Source: a virus
DNA length: 64,000 nucleotides
Direction: 5' to 3' (one strand)
IMG/VR virus record: IMGVR_UViG_3300029309_000013
Span: 15,314-79,313 of that record
The notes beneath the pieces are model-generated. The model was not told the origin of the DNA. It ran no database searches and worked only from the letters and a program-made list of their open reading frames with translations. Shown piece after piece: positions 1 to 6,623 of the stretch (position 1 is its first letter; every line of letters starts with the position of its first letter). A program made the translations under genes and the position numbers.

Positions 1-264
1 AAAGGTCAAATTGAAATTGCCGTGACCCGTAGAGAGAGGGCAGAAGCCCAAAAGGCTTTTGCTAAATACAGCCGAGCAATTACATTATCAGATAAATTTC
101 GAGACTTTGAACCCAAAAAAGTTGATGAGACCTCAGCCATGGCTGGTGCTGGTGGTGGTGTTCAGGGTTACGCAGGTGAACTCAAGGAGTCTCTTGAAAA
201 CCTAATCAACGAAGCGCTTACTAGCAATAAGAAAATTAGACAACTACTGAAAGGAAGAAAATAA
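1..264 (+). CDS. C-terminal part of a putative virion/head protein (5'-truncated by the window edge)
   Basis: Frame is open from base 1 (KGQIEIAVTRR...) to TAA 262-264, which overlaps the next ATG (TAATG). Contains VDE-TSAMAGAGGGVQGYAG and LKE/INE motifs. Confidence 0.6.
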   Translation, partial: KGQIEIAVTRRERAEAQKAFAKYSRAITLSDKFRDFEPKKVDETSAMAGAGGGVQGYAGELKESLENLINEALTSNKKIRQLLKGRK

Positions 265-1106
265 TGTCTATAATACAAATTACAGATATTGATAAATTTT
301 ATGATCTTACAAAGGGTAAAAGAATTATGAGAGAAGAAGTAATAGCCGAACAACTAATAAGAAAATTTATTAGAAAAAATTTACCTTCTGTTATGGAAAG
401 AGTAAATAAGCAAAAGAACAAACAATTACAAGAAGAACAAGAACTAAGAGCAATTATTCGACAAATGTTGATTGAGCGTGATATTGCTGATAACTATCCT
501 CATAGATCCACTGGTATTAATACCCTCGAAGATGTTCTCAAAAAAATGATTACTACCCTTCGTGGAGATTACAAAAGACTTACAACCGACAAGTCACAGC
601 GGGAGTCTTATCGAGCGCACTTGCTCAATGCAATTACAATGTCTCTACAGCCTGCCGAAGCAAATGATATGTCCGACGGTGGAGACTCTGCTTTGTTATC
701 TGCACCAACTGAGCCTAGTGAAGAAACTCCAACACCAAGAGAGCCCGCTTTCACAATGGATGACCTGGATGAAGATCTCGGAGTTGATATTGTTGATGAT
801 AAAGAAAAAATGATTGATGTTGAAGGCGATGATAAGCCAGATGAATTTGAAGAATTTAGAGCAGAGACTGGTGATGAAAGTTTAGACCGTACCGGTGCTC
901 GTGCTGCTTTTGATACCCATAAGAAAGTTGGCCAATACATTCTTGATGGTTTTGAAAAACTTGATAACCCAACTGATGCTGAGGATTTCAAGGATTATTT
1001 GGTTACCAATGTTAAGCTTTACATGGATAAATTCGAAAGTGAATTGGCTCAAGATTTAGATGAACCAACAACTTTAGAATATGAAAAAATTACAGGACAT
1101 AAATAA
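264..1106 (+). CDS. hypothetical acidic protein, putative head-associated
   Basis: 280 aa ORF coupled to the upstream stop. N-terminus has 'EEQELRAIIRQMLIE'-type leader helices. Confidence 0.6.
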   Translation: MSIIQITDIDKFYDLTKGKRIMREEVIAEQLIRKFIRKNLPSVMERVNKQKNKQLQEEQELRAIIRQMLIERDIADNYPHRSTGINTLEDVLKKMITTLRGDYKRLTTDKSQRESYRAHLLNAITMSLQPAEANDMSDGGDSALLSAPTEPSEETPTPREPAFTMDDLDEDLGVDIVDDKEKMIDVEGDDKPDEFEEFRAETGDESLDRTGARAAFDTHKKVGQYILDGFEKLDNPTDAEDFKDYLVTNVKLYMDKFESELAQDLDEPTTLEYEKITGHK

Positions 1107-1126
1107 TCTAACTAACTGGTGTTATC

Positions 1127-1459
1127 TTGTCAAGTAAACAATATAAAAATTATTCTTTAATAAACAAACTAAGAAAAGAGAGGCGTATAAATGAAGACTT
1201 CATAAACGTTCTCTCTTCTTTAACTTTAGAAGAACTGATTGGTTTAAAGCTAGAACAAACATCAAGATTATTGGGTGGTAAATTATTTAATTTTCCAATT
1301 TGGAAAGCTATGCCTGAAATCTGTAGAGCTGCATTATTTAAATTTGCTTTATCTGTCTCAGAGACTAAAAAAGAAGCCTCTAGAGTATTAGGAATTGATA
1401 GAGCAGAGTTTTATAAAATGATTAAGAAACATGGTACTGAAACTTACTTTGATAATTAA
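1127..1459 (+). CDS. Fis-family helix-turn-helix DNA-binding protein
   Basis: C-terminal 'ALSVSETKKEASRVLGIDRAEFYKMIKKHG' matches the Fis/NtrC-type HTH pattern (AL...N...AA..LGI.R.TL..K.K.YG). TTG start is uncertain. Confidence 0.7.
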   Translation: MSSKQYKNYSLINKLRKERRINEDFINVLSSLTLEELIGLKLEQTSRLLGGKLFNFPIWKAMPEICRAALFKFALSVSETKKEASRVLGIDRAEFYKMIKKHGTETYFDN

Positions 1460-1470
1460 GATTCTATAAT

Positions 1471-1486
1471 CTATTTATTATAAATA
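1471..1486 (+). promoter_or_regulatory. putative late promoter (CTATTTA followed by TATAAATA)
   Basis: CTATTTA at 1471-1477 and the T4 late consensus TATAAATA at 1479-1486, upstream of ORF 1534. Confidence 0.55.
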
Positions 1487-1520
1487 ATATTATATTATTA
1501 TTATATTATATATTATATAA
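1472..1520. repeat. 49-bp pure A/T low-complexity tract
   Basis: tatttattataaataatattatattattattatattatatatattataa contains no G or C and is intergenic. Confidence 0.85.
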
Positions 1521-1533
1521 GGGGTTCTTTACA

Positions 1534-2253
1534 ATGGATTTAGAAGAAAAGAAACGTAGAAAAAAAAGAAAAGTAAAAGCTAAAAAAACAAAAAGAGATG
1601 CCTGCTACCATAAGGTCAAAAGACGTTATAAGGTCTGGCCTTCAGCATACGCTTCAGGTGCTCTTGTTAAATGCAGAAAAGTTGGCGCAGCTAATTGGGG
1701 CAATAAATCCAAAAAGAACGAGTCACTGACTGAGGAAAAAGAAATGACTGTATCAGCAGTCAAAGCAATCTTTAAGGAAAAAGGTGGTGCTCTTGCGATG
1801 CAAGATCTTAAGGATGCCTTCCCAGACGCTTCAGAAAAAGAGATTGAAGAAATGTTAGCCAGTATGAAAGATGTTGGTGAGCATAAACATGGCGATCTTG
1901 TTCGTGCTGATGGTGATGAAATTGAGATAAACGAAGAGCAGCTAGCAGCTATTATCGCAGAAGAAATTGAGGCAGTCCTCAATGAAAAAAAAAAGAGAAA
2001 GTTAACTAAGAAGCCAAGTTCGGAGAAAAATTTACGTGATTGGTTTGGAAGAAAAGGCGCTAAAGGTTCTAAAGGCGGTTGGGTCGACTGTAATGCACCA
2101 GATGGTAAAGGTGGTTATAAAGCGTGTGGAAGGTCTTCAGGTGAAAAGCGAAAGAAGTATCCAGCTTGTAGACCAACTCCATCTGCTTGTAAGTCTAAAG
2201 GTAAAGGTAAAAAATGGGGCAAGAAGGCCGGTAAAGGCAAAAAGGGTAAATAG
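1534..2253 (+). CDS. Lys-rich modular protein (two basic Cys-containing domains with an acidic spacer), putative internal head/DNA-binding protein
   Basis: DACYHKVK.RY.VWPSAYASGALVKCRK and LRDWF...GGWVDC...CGR...KYPACRP modules, recalled as common in marine phages. They are separated by an acidic segment ending IIAEEIEAVLNE. Confidence 0.6.
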   Translation: MDLEEKKRRKKRKVKAKKTKRDACYHKVKRRYKVWPSAYASGALVKCRKVGAANWGNKSKKNESLTEEKEMTVSAVKAIFKEKGGALAMQDLKDAFPDASEKEIEEMLASMKDVGEHKHGDLVRADGDEIEINEEQLAAIIAEEIEAVLNEKKKRKLTKKPSSEKNLRDWFGRKGAKGSKGGWVDCNAPDGKGGYKACGRSSGEKRKKYPACRPTPSACKSKGKGKKWGKKAGKGKKGK

Positions 2254-2255
2254 AT

Positions 2256-2660
2256 ATGAATGAAATATTGATTTATGAAGGCGATGATGTTATACTAGAA
2301 TTGTTCGAAGGAGCAACACTTGAAGAAGGCGATTTAGTATGTGAAGCTTGTTTATTTGAGATGCTCCAAGAGGCCTCTTGTGGCTGCCCAAACTTAATGG
2401 GTGAAGCAGTCTATCAGGGAAAAACCGTGCAACTTAACAAACCAACTCGTGGTGATGTTAAGAAATTTAAAGTCTATGTTAACTCCGGTAAAAAAGACAA
2501 AGAGGGTAGAGTTATTGCTAAAAAAGTAAACTTTGGTGATAAAAACATGAAGATTAAAAAGTCAAACCCAAAGCGAAGAAAGTCATTTAGAGCAAGGCAC
2601 AAGTGCCACACTGCTAAAGACAAAACAACACCTAGGTACTGGTCTTGTAAGAAATGGTAG
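2256..2660 (+). CDS. conserved basic phage protein with acidic N-terminal propeptide
   Basis: C-terminal KKFKVYV...KKVNFGD.NM.IKK.NP.RRKSFRARHKC...RYWSC..W module. The first ~50 aa are acidic. Confidence 0.6.
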   Translation: MNEILIYEGDDVILELFEGATLEEGDLVCEACLFEMLQEASCGCPNLMGEAVYQGKTVQLNKPTRGDVKKFKVYVNSGKKDKEGRVIAKKVNFGDKNMKIKKSNPKRRKSFRARHKCHTAKDKTTPRYWSCKKW

Positions 2661-2670
2661 AGGATTTATT

Positions 2671-3414
2671 GTGAAGTTGTTAATGGAAAATTGGAGAAGT
2701 TATTTAAACGAGGCTTACGCTGGAACTGGCTTTGGAGGTACTTTAAACCCCCCAAGGTTCATGCTAAATCCTGGTGAAGCCCAAAAAGTTGTTAAAGAAG
2801 GGATTCAGCTTGAGGGTTGGGATAGATACGGTCAATTAGTAGCAGAGGCTTATTTGGCGGCACCGAAGAGTAGTGCCGATGGGTTGAAATCCTTTGAAGC
2901 TCTAAAGAAACACATCTACGTTAACTTCAAGAGAATTGTCGGTGGTAATGTGGACGTTGTTTTTGTTGACCATGATCCATACGAGTCAGCCGAACAAATG
3001 CTTGATGATGTTAGGAAGACGGGTGTGATGAAAATTTCATCTTTGTTCAATCAACCTGAGTACTTTGGACCTGAGTTGAATCTCCAATTCAGAGCAGTTC
3101 ATGACTATTATGCTCATATGAAAGCATCGTCACAAGCAGCTGACGCCCTCACTGGTTTTACCTACGAAGGAGAGATTAGAGCTTTCAATAACCACGCAGC
3201 ACTACTTGGTAAGACAGCAAAAGCCCTCCCAGCAGTTTTTACAGAGGTTGTTGGACAAGCATCTGTGTATTTTTATACCGGCAATTTCCCTGACCAGAAA
3301 TTAGTCACCCTTCCAGGGTTTGATCCTACTAAACTAGGTCAAGTTTCGGGGTATACGATAATTGATAAGAATTTAGTTAAGGCCGGTGAAACACCAGAAG
3401 AGGAAGAAGTATAA
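2671..3414 (+). CDS. hypothetical protein with head-type leader and FRAVHDxxxH putative metal-binding domain
   Basis: GTG start after AGGA. Begins MKLLMENWRSYLNE; contains FRAVHDYYAH...GEIRAF..H...TEVVGQ...FPDQK. Confidence 0.6.
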   Translation: MKLLMENWRSYLNEAYAGTGFGGTLNPPRFMLNPGEAQKVVKEGIQLEGWDRYGQLVAEAYLAAPKSSADGLKSFEALKKHIYVNFKRIVGGNVDVVFVDHDPYESAEQMLDDVRKTGVMKISSLFNQPEYFGPELNLQFRAVHDYYAHMKASSQAADALTGFTYEGEIRAFNNHAALLGKTAKALPAVFTEVVGQASVYFYTGNFPDQKLVTLPGFDPTKLGQVSGYTIIDKNLVKAGETPEEEEV

Positions 3415-3647
3415 TGCATATCGGTGATTTGGTTATATTGTCTAAAAGTATAAGTCAAAGATCGGGCATTAAATATATATTTGAATATATTCTTCAAAAT
3501 AATTTGATCGGTATTATAACAGATAAGAGACCTCTGTATTATTCTAAGTACGAGGGTCAAGTATATGAATTGACTATAAGATGGTCAGATGGGTCAATGA
3601 GTGATATGAGTGAAAAGTACCTGGAGAGATTGAATGGGTCACCATGA
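3414..3647 (+). CDS. hypothetical small protein (SH3/KOW-like beta-barrel pattern)
   Basis: M.IGDLV...GII...IRWSDG...LE.L pattern; TAATG coupling to the upstream gene. Confidence 0.55.
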   Translation: MHIGDLVILSKSISQRSGIKYIFEYILQNNLIGIITDKRPLYYSKYEGQVYELTIRWSDGSMSDMSEKYLERLNGSP

Positions 3648-3804
3648 GCAAAAGCTTTGGCTTATCTTAGATGAGGCAGAGAAAAAATTATCAAGAGCAA
3701 AACACATGGTCAACAAGTACGATGAATACTATGTTGAAGTAATTAACGCACTTGAGAAAGTAAAGATAGCAAAGGAAAAGCTAGAGAAAGAACTTGACAT
3801 ATAA
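3634..3804 (+). CDS. small hypothetical coiled-coil protein (56 aa, not in ORF track)
   Basis: ATG 3634 after GGAGAG; MGHHEQKLWLILDEAEKKLSRAKHMVNKYDEYYVEVINALEKVKIAKEKLEKELDI*; fills the gap between two genes. Confidence 0.55.
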   Translation: MGHHEQKLWLILDEAEKKLSRAKHMVNKYDEYYVEVINALEKVKIAKEKLEKELDI

Positions 3805-3822
3805 ATTAAATCATGTTACATT
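3794..3822 (+). promoter_or_regulatory. sigma70-type early/middle promoter
   Basis: TTGACA-17 nt (ending TGT)-TACATT. Confidence 0.7.
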
Positions 3823-3830
3823 TAATGTAA

Positions 3831-4646
3831 ATGAGGCATAACATGAATTTAAACAAAAAAAGAATTTTTCTATTTGATATGGACGGTACGTTGATAAAGG
3901 ACGACCAGCCATTTCCATGGACACTAGAAAGTGCCCTAAAAGACCTGATGCAGTATGGTGAACTTGGTATTGTAAGCGGGACAGATCTGGACACAATTCA
4001 GAACAAACTGGATAAGTTTCTTAATTATTCCTCCACGCGCTATCATCTTCACGTTTTACCGTGCAATGGTACCAAATGGTTTGCACCACCAGAGTTCAGC
4101 CAAAAGAGTCTGCACAGGAGATACAGTATTTCTATGGAGCAATTCATGGGAAAAAATGATTTCCAAAAACTTATGAAGATTTTAGTGGACCATCAATCAA
4201 TCGCAACTGATGATGAAAACATTTCCTTAAAAGGGTCTTTTATTCTAAATCGAGGATCAATTGTTAATTGGTGCCCAATTGGACATTCAGCTTCCTCTGA
4301 GGATCGTAACATGTTTGAGGATTATGATAATAAAATTAAATTCAGAGAATCACTGCTGGCCAACTTAAGGAAATCAATTGCGCTAACTCAGTTTTCAAAA
4401 AAATTAGATGTTAAGTTAGCGGGAAGAACATCGTTTGATATCTTCCCAACAAACTGGAATAAAACCTTTGCGATGTCTCATTTTCCTGATTTTGAGATTT
4501 GGTTTGTAGGAGACAGTTGTCGTGCAAATGGTAACGATAAGGAAATATATGAAGCATGTTCAGATAGGGCCTATGAAACAACAGGCCCTCACGCTACTGC
4601 TGATATAATTTATGATATTATAGATCGCATAGATCCAGAAGAATGA
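3831..4646 (+). CDS. eukaryote-type phosphomannomutase (HAD IIB, PMM1/PMM2-like)
   Basis: FDMDGTL motif I, VSGTD, RGSIVNWCPIG, SFDIFPxxWxKT, FVGD...GND.EIY. True start may be ATG 3843. Confidence 0.8.
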   Translation: MRHNMNLNKKRIFLFDMDGTLIKDDQPFPWTLESALKDLMQYGELGIVSGTDLDTIQNKLDKFLNYSSTRYHLHVLPCNGTKWFAPPEFSQKSLHRRYSISMEQFMGKNDFQKLMKILVDHQSIATDDENISLKGSFILNRGSIVNWCPIGHSASSEDRNMFEDYDNKIKFRESLLANLRKSIALTQFSKKLDVKLAGRTSFDIFPTNWNKTFAMSHFPDFEIWFVGDSCRANGNDKEIYEACSDRAYETTGPHATADIIYDIIDRIDPEE

Positions 4647-4652
4647 GTATTA

Positions 4653-4726
4653 GCACCCGTAGCTCAACTGGATAGAGCATCTGCCTTCTAAGCAGAGGGT
4701 TACAGGTTCGAGTCCTGTCGGGTGTA
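4653..4726 (+). tRNA. tRNA-Arg (anticodon TCT), CCA not encoded
   Basis: Acceptor GCACCCG/CGGGTGT, D-arm AGCTCAACTGGATAGAGCA, anticodon arm TCTGC-CTTCTAA-GCAGA, T-arm ACAGG-TTCGAGT-CCTGT. Confidence 0.95.
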
Positions 4727-4743
4727 CTTTTTTAGGAGTTAAA

Positions 4744-5166
4744 ATGTCGAATGATTTTATTTTAAAAGGTATAAAAGATATCCTAAATCATGGTATAAAT
4801 CTTGACCTGAATTCTATCGAAGAAGAGGAAGAGTACCTACAAGTCTTTATGGATTGGTATGTAACAAACACAAGTTATTATTGTTGTCAGATGGAAACAA
4901 ACTCTTGTATGATAGAAACAAAACAAGGAGCACCCTTAGCGGAAATTTACATAGAAGACTCAATAATGAGAATTGCCCCACATGATGATGATCTGTTTGG
5001 TATAATCACAGAAATACTCAGGTTTGTTGCAAAAGAACATCAAAAATTTATTGATAATTTTAGAGGCCTTGAGAAAAGATCTACAATAACCTCACCCTCA
5101 GAAATTAACAAGAAGACACTAGATAGTGAAGAAGAAATATCTACCGAAGAGGATGAATGGTTATGA
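4744..5166 (+). CDS. hypothetical acidic protein
   Basis: 140 aa ORF with an AGGAG Shine-Dalgarno sequence. Confidence 0.6.
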   Translation: MSNDFILKGIKDILNHGINLDLNSIEEEEEYLQVFMDWYVTNTSYYCCQMETNSCMIETKQGAPLAEIYIEDSIMRIAPHDDDLFGIITEILRFVAKEHQKFIDNFRGLEKRSTITSPSEINKKTLDSEEEISTEEDEWL

Positions 5167-5486
5167 AAATATTTTATTTAAAAAGAGAAGAAGATGAGAG
5201 CGGAATCTCTGGAACAGGAAGAGTCGCTCAGGGATTTGTTTTCGACAACGGTAAAGTGGCTGTTACTTGGCTATCTGAACACCCTTCCGTTACCGTATAC
5301 GATAGTATTGGTGAAGTACATGCAATTCATGGTCATGGTGGAAAAACAGTTGTAGAAATGGAACCAGATTACAAAAAGGCTTTTGGTGAAGTTAAATCTT
5401 TTTTGGACAATTTTGATCTAAAAGAAATTGCTGGTGCTAAGTTAACCCCGGAAGGAGCGGCGTCAAAACTAATGAGTAGAAACTAG
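5163..5486 (+). CDS. conserved hypothetical phage protein
   Basis: F.L.R.ED.SG.SGTG.VA.G..F..G..A..W...IHGH.G.T pattern, recalled from diverse phages. ATG 5163 overlaps the upstream stop (ATGA). Confidence 0.65.
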   Translation: MKIFYLKREEDESGISGTGRVAQGFVFDNGKVAVTWLSEHPSVTVYDSIGEVHAIHGHGGKTVVEMEPDYKKAFGEVKSFLDNFDLKEIAGAKLTPEGAASKLMSRN

Positions 5487-5507
5487 TTACATTGAGAGGT
5501 AAACATT

Positions 5508-6002
5508 TTGAGCCAGCTGACTCTAAAATTAGACGCCGCTTGGCAACCCATAGAAGTTATATCTTCTGACCGGGGCTTCACAATGGTTCATTCAGGAAGG
5601 GCAAAGGCTATTGAGTTATACAACGATGGTCCTTGCCCTTTTTATTTTTACCCCTCAGTTATAGTTTTAAACAAATATATCAGGACAAAAAGAATTATTA
5701 TGAGTCCTACAAGAAAAAATATTTACTGGAGAGACAAATATATATGTCAATATTGTGGTGATAGGTTTCCTTATTCTGGCTTGACCCTAGATCACATAGT
5801 ACCAAAAGCATCAGGTGGTCAAGGTGGTTGGCTTAACTTAGTAACAGCCTGTGTTAAGTGTAATCAGAAGAAGGGTTGTAAGTCTGTCTCTGAAGCTGAT
5901 ATGGAGCTGATAAAAGAACCTACCAAGCCTCACATTAATATTTTAAACTTTTACCACCTCAACAAAGTTCCAAAACAATGGGAAAATTACATTTCATATT
6001 AA
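5508..6002 (+). CDS. HNH endonuclease (McrA/HNH_5-like)
   Basis: RDKYICQYCG...TLDHIVPKASGG...WLNLVTACVKCNQKKG; TTG start after GAGG. Confidence 0.9.
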   Translation: MSQLTLKLDAAWQPIEVISSDRGFTMVHSGRAKAIELYNDGPCPFYFYPSVIVLNKYIRTKRIIMSPTRKNIYWRDKYICQYCGDRFPYSGLTLDHIVPKASGGQGGWLNLVTACVKCNQKKGCKSVSEADMELIKEPTKPHINILNFYHLNKVPKQWENYISY

Positions 6003-6011
6003 GGAGAAAAA

Positions 6012-6257
6012 ATGAAACTTGAAGATCCAATACTAGAACAACTGGTCCAGCGCGCCGAAGAGGATGAGACCGGACAACTAATGATGATGATGCAAGAACT
6101 TATCCATGTATCATCAAAGGCAGCAGAGCTTGGTTTTGAACTACAAGAACTAGCCAGTGTATGCACAATGGGCCACTTTCTGGGTAAAAACCCTGAGTAT
6201 ATACAAGCCTTGGCTTATTTGATGGAGAGGGGCGTAGATACAGACACAGAGCATTAA
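6012..6257 (+). CDS. hypothetical protein
   Basis: 81 aa ORF with strong AGGAG Shine-Dalgarno sequence. Confidence 0.6.
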   Translation: MKLEDPILEQLVQRAEEDETGQLMMMMQELIHVSSKAAELGFELQELASVCTMGHFLGKNPEYIQALAYLMERGVDTDTEH

Positions 6258-6266
6258 TCAGTATAT

Positions 6267-6292
6267 AAGGCAGGGGTAATTCCCTGCCTTTT
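6267..6292 (+). terminator. intrinsic terminator
   Basis: AAGGCAGGG-gtaatt-CCCTGCCTT hairpin followed by T residues. Confidence 0.75.
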
Positions 6293-6294
6293 GT

Positions 6295-6301
6295 CTATTT
6301 A
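6295..6301 (+). promoter_or_regulatory. putative late promoter CTATTTA
   Basis: Directly after the terminator and upstream of the leader-bearing ORF 6336. Confidence 0.55.
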
Positions 6302-6335
6302 AATGTGTAGATAAAATATTCATTGAGGGCTAAAG

Positions 6336-6623
6336 ATGGAAATCACAAAAGACAAGCTATTGCAAATTATCAAAGAAGAGATTCAAAAAGTAACAGAACA
6401 AGAGGGTCTTGGGGGTGACCTAGAGGCTGAACCTTCAAATTCTCAAGAGATGGCTGAAAAATTTAAGAAACTTTCTCAAATATTCCCACAACTAGTAGAT
6501 ATTGAAGATCGAGAACGTGATCTTCTTAATACAATTATTTTTGGATCAATTGATTTAGCTGCGAAAGGGGCGCAGTACAACAACCTAGCGGTTGTTAAAG
6601 CTGAGCTGGAGAAGTATTTATAA
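6336..6623 (+). CDS. hypothetical protein with head-type leader
   Basis: Begins MEITKDKLLQIIKEEIQKVTE. Confidence 0.6.
   Translation: MEITKDKLLQIIKEEIQKVTEQEGLGGDLEAEPSNSQEMAEKFKKLSQIFPQLVDIEDRERDLLNTIIFGSIDLAAKGAQYNNLAVVKAELEKYL

Noticed and set aside
5508-6002. HNH gene as part of an intron or mobile element
   Set aside because: It is free-standing with its own RBS, the flanking genes are intact, and no interrupted gene or terminal repeats were seen.
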